NCBI GenBank assembly: GCA_020629795.1
Contig: JAHDCR010000001.1
Span: forward strand, 88,443 to 152,442
Source: Candidatus Altimarinota bacterium
GTDB taxonomy: Bacteria; Patescibacteriota; Gracilibacteria; BD1-5; UBA6164
Direction: 5' to 3'
DNA length: 64,000 nucleotides
This document shows positions 53,034-64,000 of the stretch, one piece after another; position 1 is the stretch's first letter, and every line of letters begins with the position of its first letter. Both the position numbers and the translations under genes were made by a program. The notes under the pieces are model-generated. The model was given only the letters and a program-made list of their open reading frames with translations. It was not told the origin of the DNA and searched no databases.

Positions 53034-53773
53034 TTACATATCCCCAAATCCATTCTCTTTAATTTCTTCTACCAGTTCTTTTCCACCTTCTTTTACAACT
53101 TTCCCAGCCTTCATAACAAATACCTTGTCTACATCTATGTAGTCAAGAATCGTAAAGTAGTGAGTGATGATAATTATAGAGTTTTTATCTGAGCTGAGAG
53201 ATTGGAGCATAGTCGCTACGGTCTTAAATGCATCAAGATCAAGTCCACTATCAATCTCATCGAGGATAATATATTTCGGTCCTATAAGCTTCATTTGGAG
53301 TATTTCTATTTTTCTCTTTTCTCCACCTGAAAATCCTACATTGAGATCTCGCTCTAAAAACGCTTCTTCAATTTGAAGCTCCTGCAAATGAGGTTTGATA
53401 AATCTTTTAAACATGAATGGTGAGAGTTCCGTAAACTCTTCATTATCATTTTTAGCTGAAATATTAAATATAGTTCTGAGGTACTCAGAAAGTTTTACTC
53501 ATTTTATTTCAGGAATATTTTGAAAAGATAAAAATACTCATGCCTGACTTCTCTCATTTGGTTCCATATCTATAAGATCTTCTCCATCTATAGTTATTTC
53601 TCCAGAAGTAACTTCATATTTAGGGTGTCACATAAGTACACTTGAAAGAGTCGATTTTCCAGAACCATTTTTTCCAAGAAGACAATAGTTTTTACCTGGT
53701 TCAAATTCTAATGAAACTCATTTAATGATTTCAACATCACCAGCAGAAACTTCTATATTATTAATAGTAATCA
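53034..53773 (-). CDS. sufC: Fe-S assembly ATPase SufC (5' end needs a 1-nt frame correction)
   Basis: NIEVSAGDVEIIKGVSLEFEPGKNYCLLGKNGSGKSTL, LSGG-type FSGGEKRK, ILDEIDSGLD, ITH. The only ATG (53771-73) is in a different frame from the body. Confidence 0.85.
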
Positions 53774-53934
53774 TTTTTCTCAATACATTTAATTTTAAAA
53801 CATTAGTATTTTATTCATGTTTTATAATTTACAAGCATATATATGACTTTTTTATATATACACGAATTATACACTTTTGCTCTGTCTTGCCAATTGTAAA
53901 CAAATTGTGAAAAACTTTGTTTTTTTATTGCAAA

Positions 53935-53964
53935 ATAGACAAAAAATATTTACTAATTTTGTCT
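53935..53964. promoter_or_regulatory. 9-bp inverted repeat in the suf/rsmH divergent control region
   Basis: TAGACAAAA-N12-TTTTGTCTA. A second palindrome, TTGACAtggtTGTCAA, follows at about 53985-54000. Confidence 0.3.
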
Positions 53965-54084
53965 AGTCTAATATATATGTGATGTTTGACATGGTTGTCA
54001 AAAAGGATACAACTTATATAGAAGTTCTCTACTTTAGGGCAAAAAAAGTTAGAATTTCACAATTTGTTAACAAATCCACTTGAG

Positions 54085-55026
54085 ATGAAGGTCAAAACTG
54101 ATGCAAATATCCATACTTCTGTCCTACTTGAGGAATTAGTATCAGCAATGAATATATCTCCTGATAAAAAAAATATTATTGTAGACTGTACACTTGGTCT
54201 TGCATGACATGCTAGCCAAGTAATACAAAAGATGAACCCAGATGATATATTTATTGGATTTGATGCAGATGAGAGAAATCTAAAGTTAGCAGCTGAAAAG
54301 TTAGAATCGCTACAAACAAAAACACAAATTATACTGATACACAGCAACTTCAGTAAGCTTACTGAAAAACTTGCAGAGCATAATATAGATGCTATTACCG
54401 GTATATACTATGACCTATGAGTCTCCTCAATGCATTTTGATCAGGCCCAGAGAGGATTCTCTCTCAGACTCGAAGGTCCATTAGATATGAGATTTGATAC
54501 CAGAAGCTGAAAAACTGCAGCAGATGTACTCAACTACTATGAAGAAAAAGATTTATTTAAAATCTTGAAAGAATATGGAGAAGAGCCACATGCAAGAAAA
54601 ATAGCTGCAAGAGTAATAACAGCAAGAAAAGCGAAGAAATTTATTACAACAATGGATTTAAACGACTTTCTAGACAAGGAAATAAATTCTCATATCAAAA
54701 CGAAAACAAGAGTATTTCAAGCTCTAAGAATAGAGGTAAATGGAGAACTTGATACTTTAAGCTTAAGCCTAGAGCAAGCAATAAAGCTCCTAACTCCAGA
54801 TTGAGATATATTCGTAATAAGTTTTCACTCTCTCGAAGACAGAATAGTAAAGCAGCTTTTTAAAAAAGAAACCAGAGACTGTATTTGCAAAGATATAATC
54901 TGCAGCTGTCATCATACAAAATCACTTAAACTCACACATAAAAAACCTATTTTACCAAGTGAGCAAGAACAAAAAATAAACTCTCGAAGTCGGAGCGCAA
55001 AAGCTCGACACGCAATAAAAATATAA
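54085..55026 (+). CDS. rsmH: 16S rRNA (cytosine1402-N4)-methyltransferase RsmH
   Basis: [42 protein letters not shown]...[29 protein letters not shown]. Confidence 0.9.
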
Positions 55027-55063
55027 TCTAACCCCCTTTGTCACCGTGAATCCAAGACTTGTC

Positions 55064-55414
55064 ATGAACCGTCAAAGTGAAAGTTTTCTCGCAGAGCGTA
55101 AACGCAATAAGGAAAAACTTCAATTTGGGTACCAATCTACATACATGATTCTTCTCGGACTTATTTGATTCCTGCTTATATACTATGTATGGATTCTCAA
55201 CGCTAATGCCACGCAATGATTTGCAATAAGAGATTTAGAAAATACACAAAAACAATTGAAAGTTGAGCTCGATAGACTCGATGTAAAAATCGCTGAAATA
55301 GAAAGTTCAAGAGCTATAGAATCAGATGAAACACTTCAGTGAATTATGGAAGAATACGAAGATCCTAACTATCTTGTAATAAAAGAAAACGTTCAATACG
55401 TATATAATAATTAA
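55064..55414 (+). CDS. FtsL-like cell-division protein
   Basis: 116 aa with a single TM helix (YMILLGLIGFLLIYYVWIL) followed by a coiled-coil. Position directly after rsmH matches dcw clusters. Confidence 0.5.
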
Positions 55415-55443
55415 AAAATATCTCCTACTTGGAGATATTTTTT
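55415..55443 (+). terminator. Rho-independent terminator
   Basis: AAAATATCTCCtacttGGAGATATTTTTT. Confidence 0.8.
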
Positions 55444-55473
55444 AATTGTATTCATGTATAAAATACCTATTAT

Positions 55474-56112
55474 ATGGCATATATTATTTTTACAGATAGT
55501 CCCTTGCCTGAAGCACTCAAACAACTTATCCATAATATTTCTCTCCTCCCTTGAATTTGAGAAAATAGAGCGACAAAACTTGCGTTTTTTATGTTGAATG
55601 CAAATGAAAACTACCTCAAGCAGCTCAGAGAAAACATCATGAGCATAAAAGAAAAAACTAGCTTTTGTGAAACATGCTGAGCCATCACAGATGCTGGAAA
55701 AGAGTCTTGTAATATTTGTAAAAATTCATCAAGAGATCATACTCAAATTTGTATTGTAGAAGAATATCTAGACCTATTAACGCTTGAACAATCAGGCTGA
55801 TATCAAGGTGTCTACCATGTTTTATGATGAGCTATATCACCTATGAACTGAATATTTGTGTGAGATTTAAATTTCTCAAAGCTATTTCAAAGAATCGATG
55901 ATGCTGATAATAAATTAGAAATTATAATTGCCACAAATCCTAATCTTGAAGGAGAAGCAACCTCTACTTTTTTTATTGAAGAAATAGAAAAGAGAAAATT
56001 AAAACATAAAGTAAAAATTACTCGTCTCTCGAGAGGTCTCTCATCAGGGTATATAGAGTACGCAGATACTATGAGTCTTGTCAGCGCGCTGCGAGAACGT
56101 AAAGAAGTGTAA
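55474..56112 (+). CDS. recR: Recombination protein RecR
   Basis: LPGIGENRATKLAFF (HhH), CETCG...CNICK (C4 zinc finger), Toprim VEEYLDLLTLEQSGGYQGVYHVLGGAISP. Confidence 0.9.
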
Positions 56113-56114
56113 TT

Positions 56115-57026
56115 ATGAATAAGAAACTCGTAGTATACTTTGCAAAAGAAGGCTGAATCTTAATAAAACATCCATATGAAGGGCTTAGTGAAAATGTTGA
56201 AACAAAACAAGAAGCTCTCTTAGATGTGTTCCCCTCTAATGTAGAGATTTACATAGTAAGAGATACTATTTCACATATATCAAAAAATACATTTCAACCT
56301 CAGTTCGTGAGAAATAATTGAGTTTGGTCTCTGTACACATGACTCCCCATAAAAGCAGATCTTGTAATTGGTTTTGGTATACCAAATGATGTTACAAAAA
56401 TTTTTAATACTATCAGAGAAATAACACAAGATAAAACTGTTTTAGAACGCATATTTCCAAAGTATGTCATACAATCAATTATCTGTAATAATTATGAGGA
56501 TATAAAACAGAATTTCGATAGTATTTCAACAGATTTAAAAGTTTTAAAGCCTATCAAATGAACGAGAAGTAAGTGAATATTCATACAAGATTTCCTTCCA
56601 AGTAAAAATGAAATAGCTTCTGATTTTTACCCATACTTACTTCAAGAATTTCTTGATACTTCCAGAGGTTTTTATGGTTATCCTTGAATTCATGACTTTA
56701 GAGTCATACTGCTATGATGAAAAATTATATGAAAATTCCTCAGGCAACCTGAAGCATGAAAATATACAGCAAATAGCTTTAGAAGATGATGACTGATTGA
56801 CCTAAATAACTGGGAAATTCCATGAGAAATACAAAACATCATAGATGAAATAGAAGTCTATTGTGCAACTGAATATAAACACAGGTACTACTCTATAGAC
56901 TTTTGAATCTGAAAAAGTTGAGAAATTAAAATATTTGAGATGAACTCAGCTCCTTGATTAACAAATGATACTATAGCAAGGAATTTATGAGAATATATGT
57001 ATGAAAACTTCTTGAAAGTCACATAA
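56115..57026 (+). CDS. ATP-grasp fold protein (RimK-like)
   Basis: HDFRVILLGGKIIGKFLRQPEAGKYTANSFRRGG and IDFGIGKSGEIKIFEMNSAPGL fit ATP-grasp core motifs. Confidence 0.55.
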
Positions 57027-57064
57027 TTTTTTTTAAAATACTATCATAAACTTAATATAAATAT

Positions 57065-57250
57065 ATGACTGAATTTGCTCCATGAGGATCAACTCCTCGC
57101 ATGACAAAAGCTCAAATGCGAAAATATCTCGCTGATGCAAAAGCAGTCAGAGAAGCCGCGAAACAAAAACTTCCAGATGAAACAGAGCTTGCAAAAGAGC
57201 AAGAAAAAGAAATCAAAAAAATAGAGGAAAAACTAGATGACGTGTTTTAA
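57065..57250 (+). CDS. Small hypothetical protein (61 aa)
   Basis: ATG 57065 to TAA 57248-57250. Charged and helical-looking. Followed by a terminator. Confidence 0.4.
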
Positions 57251-57255
57251 ATAAT

Positions 57256-57282
57256 AAAAGAGTATGAAATTCATACTCTTTT
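57256..57282. terminator. Bidirectional terminator
   Basis: AAAAGAGTATGAaatTCATACTCTTTT. Confidence 0.8.
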
Positions 57283-57283
57283 A

Positions 57284-58303
57284 TTATTTAATCCAATTTC
57301 TACATATATCCATAAGTACCGCAGCGAGTTTGAGTGGATCATGCCTCACGACATCTGACTCGTTTATAAAATCTCTTTCAATAATCTTGTAAGACTTGTC
57401 CCCAAAATCCATATCTGACTTGAGTTTTACAGGTTTTTTTCATTCTTCTCTTTTATATTTCTCTACCAAATCGTCAGAAATATTTCATGAATTGACGAGC
57501 ACATAATCTATAACCTCACCTGAATATCTCTCTACATTATTGATAAAATCTGGGAGCTCATAATGTGTTGTTTCTCATTTTTTTGTCATGATATTTGCAA
57601 CGTAGACTATTTTAGCATTTGAATCTCTAAAGGCTTTTCTAAATCACTTCGAAAGCAGCGCTGGAACAACGCTCGTATAAAAATCACCAGGACCGATTAC
57701 TATAAGGTCAGAATGCACGATTGCATCCCTTGCTCTTGGATTGAGATTTCATTCTCACCCAACAAGAAAAGCATCTTTGACGTTTTGATCTAAATTATGA
57801 ATCGCAAAATCATTTTTATCAGAGACATCAATATTTTTTTCTCCTATTACCTCTGTCCCATCCTCCATTCGTACACCTAAATGTACATCTTCAAGTGTAA
57901 CAGGAATAACTTTACCTTTTACATCAAACATCTTACAAGCTTCATCAAGTCCAGCTTCAAATCATCATTTAATATCACTCAGCGCTGTAAGGAGAATGTT
58001 CCCAATTTTATTTCCTCAAATAACTCACTCTTCTCTATCAAATTTATACTCAAAAAGCTGACGAACTAGCCCTGTATCTCTCGCAAGCGCAGCTATACCT
58101 CGACGAATATCTCCTGGAGGCAGAACTCAGTACTTGTCTCGAATCTCTCAGGTTGTTCCACCAGAGTCAGTCATGGCAATAATAGCTGCTAAATTTTTCT
58201 TTTCATGCTCCGTATCATCATGATAGGTTTTGAGTCCATACAGAACGTTAAAAGTCCCTGATCCTCCTCAAATTACGGTGATGTTATATGTAGTTTCTGA
58301 CAT
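57284..58303 (-). CDS. YvcK/CofD-family (UPF0052) protein
   Basis: VIGGGSGTFNVL, AIIAMTDSGGTTGEIR, PPGDIRR, IGPGDFYTSVVPALL. No fragment appears in the ORF track because TGA is frequent. Confidence 0.85.
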
Positions 58304-58387
58304 AGATTTTTTAGTTTTTAGTCAATTGATTGTATTTATTTTTAAACTAATGTAAAATAGAGTAAATAGTATTATAAACATTTACTA

Positions 58388-58999
58388 ATGGCTATACATA
58401 ATATGGGGCTTTCTTGATCAATACTTACGTGAAAACCAATTGAAAATCCTAAACAAATATCAACGTGAGAACTTTCTCGAGTTATATCTCAATTATGATT
58501 CAAAAGTCACTATATAGAATCTCCTCAACAAGCTTTAGATCTAATAGATCAAAATAAAGCATTAATATCAAGAAGAAATGATATAGATTTTTGCCTTTGA
58601 ATAATCTATATATTATGAGAATACTTAAATTGAAATGAGGATTACCAAGAAAATGCAGATAATACATACCATCAGCAATGAAATTGGGTAAATGCCGTAA
58701 GAAATAGAAAATGAATTATAAGTGAACAAATTTTCCAAATATTATTAGATACTCAAGAAACTGAAAACAGTAGAGAAACAACTAAAATATCTAATATGGA
58801 CGTATTATGACTCTCACAAAAAATAACTGAATTCGTAGTTTCTAATGCAGACGCTAAAGAAAGAAGAAAAGTTCAAACTTTAAAAAACATATTACTTAGA
58901 AATATGTGATTAGATAAACATTCTGATTGGACTGTACTACTTGAAGAAATAAATAAAAAAGTAGTTAAATCAGCTTCAACAAATAAAAAAACAGCCTAA
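58388..58999 (+). CDS. Hypothetical protein (203 aa)
   Basis: ATG 58388 to TAA 58997-58999 with no TAA/TAG. Eleven TGA-Gly codons. No family recognised. Confidence 0.45.
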
Positions 59000-59019
59000 G
59001 CTGCTTTTTTTTATTCTTA

Positions 59020-60834
59020 TTAATCCTTTATAAGTACTGCCTTAATTCTTCTCACTCCTCGACTCGAAGCTTCTTCTTTTTTGATTTTGAACCTCCCCAT
59101 ACCTTCAGACTTTTCTACATGAGGACCTCCACATAGTTCTACTGAAAATACTTCACTGTCAGATTTCATCGTATACACCTTTACTATGTCTGGATATTTT
59201 TCCCAGAAACTCCCAACAACTCCTCTATCAATAGCTGTTTGTTTTGGAACTTCTTCCATAGACACACTCATGCCTGCCTGTATAGCATGATTTACAAACT
59301 CTTCCACTTTATCGAGATCTTCTCGAGATACTTTTTCATCATGTGAGAAATCAAAACGTAGCCTCTCAGCTGTGATATTTGAACCCTTTTGAAATACGTG
59401 GTCTCCTAGTACTTGTCTGAGTCATGCAAGTAATAAGTGCGTTGCTGTATGTAGCTCTGTCGTTGCCTGCGATGCATCTGCTAGACCTCCTTTAAATTTT
59501 TGTTCTGCTCATTTTCGAGAAAGCTCTTGATGCTTTTTTTCTGCTTGCTTAAACCCCTCTACATCTACTTGTAACCCTCTTTCCTCAGCGAGTTCAACAG
59601 TCATTTCTAAAGGAAAACCAAAAGTATCATAGAGTTTAAACGCTTTATTTCCTGCGATAGTATCTACTTTTTTTCCTGTTCTTTCAAAAGCTATTTCAAA
59701 TCATTTTACCAGTTTATCAAACTCTTTGAGTCATTTCTCGAGGGTTTCCACAAACTGAGTTTCTTCTCGAGTAATCTCTGAAAGAATCTCTATTTTTTGC
59801 TCTATCATATGAGGGTAAGCAGCTCAAAGTTTTTCGATAATAACGTTAGCTACTTCAGAGAGAAATAAGCCTTTAAATCCAAGTTTATGAGCTTGCCTAA
59901 TAGCTATTCTCATCAGTTTTCTTAGTACATATCCCTGATCAACATTACTTGGAGCAACTCCATCTGATATCATCACGGTTGCTGTTCTTGCGTGATCAGC
60001 AATTATTCTAATACATGTTTCATTACCTTCGTAATTCACTCCTAAAACCTCCTCTATTTTTGTAATAATATAATCAAAAATATCAGTATTATAAACGGTT
60101 TTTTCACCATTGAGTGTTGCTACAATTCTCTCAAGCCCCATACCTGTATCTACATTTTGATTCGGAAGTTTTTCTAAACTACCATCTTCTAATCTATTGT
60201 ATTCCATAAAGACATTATTCCAGATTTCCATCCAGTTATCCTCATCGTTTTCAACATTACTTCCTGCAGGTGGAAACTCAGATTCTCCTACCCAATAAAA
60301 TATTTCACTATCTGGTCCACAAGGCCCAGTTGGACCTGCGGCCCACCAGTTTTCTGATGCTGGGAGATAAGAAATTCTCTCTTTTGGCATTCAAATTTCT
60401 TCCCAAATTTTTGCTGACTCTTCATCCCTTGGAGCATCTTCGTCCCCCTCAAATACAGTAACAGCTATTTTTTTAGGGTCGAGGTTTAAATTATCTTTTC
60501 CAGTTAAAAATTCATAGCTATACGCAAGAGATTCGTGCTTGAAATAATCTCAAAGAGACCAGTTTCCAAGCATTTCAAAAAATGTAAGATGCGAATTATC
60601 ACCAACTTCCTCAATATCTCATGTTCTTATACACTTCTGAGAATCAGCAAGTCGTGTCCCACTTGGGTGTTTTTCACCTAATAAATATGGCACTAGAGGC
60701 TGCATTCCTGCAGTATTAAAAAGTACCGTTGGATCATTTTCTGGTACTACTGGAGCAGATGGAATAATTGCATGATTTTTAGAAGCAAAAAAGTCTAAAT
60801 ATTTTTGTCGTATCTCTGTACTAGTATATTGCAT
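59020..60834 (-). CDS. alaS: Alanyl-tRNA synthetase, short form without C-Ala domain
   Basis: [54 protein letters not shown], editing-domain HTATHLL and CGGPH. 604 aa; three track fragments share one frame. Confidence 0.92.
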
Positions 60835-61025
60835 AAAAATAAGGTTTGTATATAGATTTGTTAGATTGTAATTATAAAGATATTTTCTGTATTTCAAGCA
60901 GATATTAGTATAAATATGTATTTAAAGACAAAAACAATATTCTGTCAATATATTTATATAGTCAATAGAAAAAGAATATGTTATTTTTAATGTATATATT
61001 TTATTTTGCAAGAGCATGCTTTTCA

Positions 61026-64000
61026 ATGAACCCTCAAGGCAATCCCACATGAGCTGAACAAAACAACTGAGCTGATAAAACTCAGGACACTATAGTATTA
61101 TATGAAAAGGCAGAAAAAATTGCAGATCTAATTGGAACAGAAGAAGCGAAGCAACATTTGAAAGAGTTGAAACAAGTGACAATATCTAAGCTCCATGACC
61201 TCCAACTAGAAACAAGTAATAATCTTCATGATTTACAATGAGATATTGATTTTTCAATAGGAACAATAAATGAGACTGAATTTACAGATATAGAAGATGA
61301 GTATGCTGATGTAGAGGAATTACTTGAGAACCTACCAACTCCTGATGTTCCTGAAGAATTATCATGAATATCTAACACTGATTTTTCTAATCTTAGTACA
61401 GACGAAGCACAAAGAATCTTAAGCTTTCTGACTGATTGATATCTCTCATATCCTGAAAGTTCATGGTGACCTGCATCTTACACTAATACTCTTAGCGAAG
61501 CTAACTCTCAAGAAGATATTCGTGTAGCTCAACAAATACTTATAGATAAAATTCATGGTGAAGGTACTTTTCAGCGATGATATACCAATGATGGAATGGT
61601 TCTCTGATATTCATGAGTTGAATGAGGTAATTTTTTAAAATCACAAGAAGACTTTGAAAATCAATTAATATCTGGAGAAGTATTTAATGCATTAATGTTT
61701 GCTAATTATATAAGCTATTTAAAATCTCAAAATGGTGGAGATATTACTTCTGCATTTGAATATGTCATTGAAAACTCTGGTGATAGAATGGATAGAATTG
61801 AAGCCTTTATTTGAGAAAGTAATAACGAAAATGTTTCTCTTATAAAAAATGAGCTCATAGCAGCAGAGCTATTTTCTCCTGAAGAATGATTTATCGGAGC
61901 ATGATTTGAAAGTATTAAACGAAAATGATTTGAGCTACTTACTTCTGGAATTCTATGATTCAATGAATTAGTTGTTGATAGTGGTGAAAACATAGCTAGT
62001 GTTTTAGTAGGGATTCAAGAAACATTAGACTGAAGTATACTATGATTTAGTATTTCCAGTATCATTTGAGAAAATACTGTGAGACAGATCAAAGATATGT
62101 TGGATAGTGCTAGAGAGAAGTGTAGTGCTGAGAACATAAATACTTGATGTTTCATCATGTCAGATTTCATCCATGATATATGAGAAAACCTAGTTCCAGA
62201 TGCGTTTAGATGAAATATATTTGAACAGGCTCATAATGAATGAGTAAAAGTGCTCATTAAAAAAATGATTGAAACAAAAGAGGTAGCTGTCTCTTACAAT
62301 TCTAATAAATGATACGAGGTTAAAAGTCTTTCAGAATTTGAATCGATAGTTAGAAATGATCCAAAATATATACAACAAGAAACACATAAGACAGAGGTAT
62401 GAACCTACCTCTGCGGGCTCTATAGAAGATGAGAAAAATTTACACCAGAATATTTAACATCTGTTTTTTGAGAAACAAATCTCTTCTCTATACTCTCTGA
62501 TTTTAAAAACTGAGATTTTGAGTGAGAATCATTTGATGGTGTTAGTTGGGATGAATTCTATTCCCCATACTTAGCAGGTTTTGATGTGGCAATGCAATGA
62601 AATATTAGAGACACTATTGAGCAATCAAATCCAACTCAAATTAATGCTGTTATCCAAGGTGGAGAATGAAAAGAAGATACAATATCTACTCTAGCATCAT
62701 GTCCATTATGTAAAAGAATAGATGAATACGATAATCTTACTGATATTACCATAGCACTTCAATCTCCTGAACTTCAAGAGGCTCAGCCAGATTTTTATGC
62801 CGGACTTGAAAATAAAAAAGAAGTACTAGAACTTGAACATGCAGATATAACTTTGGAATTAACGCAGTGGGTACAAACTGAACTTTGAGAAGATATACCC
62901 GAAGGATTACAATTAAAGATATCTGAAACTTCAACAGCAACCTTAGAGCACTTAAGAGATTATTTATCTCGAAATCCAAATGAAGTTTGTAGTATTGATT
63001 TAAAAACTTTTCTTGCGACATCACCAGAATCTCCATTTTTAGAACTGACATCGTACATAGTGAATAACTATCGTACTCAAGTAGATATGGAAGGTTTATA
63101 TGAGACAATAGATAACACTGTAAATATTTGATTTACATCTCAAATACAATGAATCAATAACAATATATCTTTAGCTGAAAATAGAGTTGAAACACTTAGA
63201 TTAATACCTGAAAACGAAAGAACAGAAAGTATTCTCAATGAAATAAATACTCTTGAAAACTCAATTATTGAATGGCAGGAGGATGAACAAGTGTTACAGA
63301 CAGTACAACAAAGAGCTAGTGAAATAGAAACCTCTGACATTGCCAATCTTAACCAAGAGCAACTACTGAGAGTAAAGGAACTAATGTTAGATTGAAATAT
63401 TTCTTGGCCCGAAGCATACAACGCTACTATTTGAAGACAAGAAGATTTCTCAATTGATGAAGTTTTTAATTACTATGAAAAGAACAGATCAGATATTCGA
63501 TTCATCAAAGACACTGATATACTTACTAGTTTTTTACGAAGAATAAACGAAGAAAATAACTCTAGGAGGCCAGACGATGAGAAGATAGATAAGATTGATA
63601 TATCCGATATACATCCGAGTATGCGTTCTGACCCTATAATACTAAAAGAATTACAGAATCTTACTCTTTCAGATATAAATCTTATACCTGAAAGTTACTT
63701 TAGTGCTTCTTGAAATCATGATTTATATATAAACTTAATGGTTTTATTTAAAGCAACAAAAAATTATGCTGGAAATAATATCGAAAAACTTATACTCACA
63801 AAAGTAAACCGGATAAATATATCTTCTACTGACAAATTAGGAGCTATAACCATAATTTCTGATTTATTAAAAAGTTGAAGTGAATTAGTTGATAAAGATA
63901 AAATAATTCAATCACTTCCAACTGATATATTTGAATATGATCACAGCTGAATACTCGATGCATATAAAGATCAAATTCAAGTTCCTGTATTTACGGCAGA
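61026..64000 (+). CDS. Giant hypothetical protein, N-terminal 991 codons (runs off the window)
   Basis: Frame from ATG 61026 has no TAA/TAG to the window end but has frequent TGA, so no plus-strand fragment appears in the track. No signal peptide and no domain recognised. Confidence 0.6.

Noticed and set aside
1-64000. Search for rRNA, tRNA, CRISPR arrays, transposases, integrases, prophage genes and long (over 100 bp) repeats.
   Set aside because: None were seen on either strand. There are no T-arm/anticodon-arm cloverleaf candidates, no regularly spaced direct repeats and no DDE or tyrosine-recombinase motifs in any table-25 translation examined.

Overview
AT-rich bacterial chromosome segment, with no rRNA, tRNA, CRISPR array, transposase or integrase seen. 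It only makes sense if TGA is read as glycine (translation table 25, as in Gracilibacteria/Absconditabacteria-type CPR bacteria). Every long housekeeping gene is broken in the standard-code ORF track exactly at TGA codons that fall on invariant Gly positions. Re-translated by hand with TGA=Gly, the fragments fuse into about 70 tightly packed genes. These include tyrA, wall/glycan transferases, holB, secA, tyrS, tsaD, an RluA-family synthase, recA, pheT, rpsT-infC-rpmI-rplT, dnaK with a CIRCE-like operator, gmk-trmD, leuS, tig, ruvA, yidD and rplA. They also include a seven-gene suf operon (sufC-sufB-sufA-sufD-sufS-sufU-rrf2), rsmH-ftsL, recR, a YvcK-family gene and alaS. Type IV pilus components are present: one major pilin, two pilin-like genes in an operon, and a large membrane protein that fuses a PilB/GspE-like N-domain to PKD repeats. 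The most unusual observations are as follows. (1) The leuS ORF is 1242 aa and carries two in-frame insertions that look like nucleotide pyrophosphatase domains, one Nudix-like and one Ham1/ITPase-like. (2) A GC-rich islet of about 2 kb lies between dnaK and gmk. It holds a compositionally foreign membrane transporter gene, two covarying copies of one hairpin, and two promoter-to-terminator units that look like structured RNAs of unknown class. (3) Short CT/GA-rich or C/G-rich hairpin repeats occur both between genes and in frame inside genes (tsaD, leuS, a pyruvyl transferase). (4) The sufC start codon is one nucleotide out of frame with the gene body. All coordinates and translations were derived by eye from the sequence. 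Family assignments rest on remembered motifs, not database searches.
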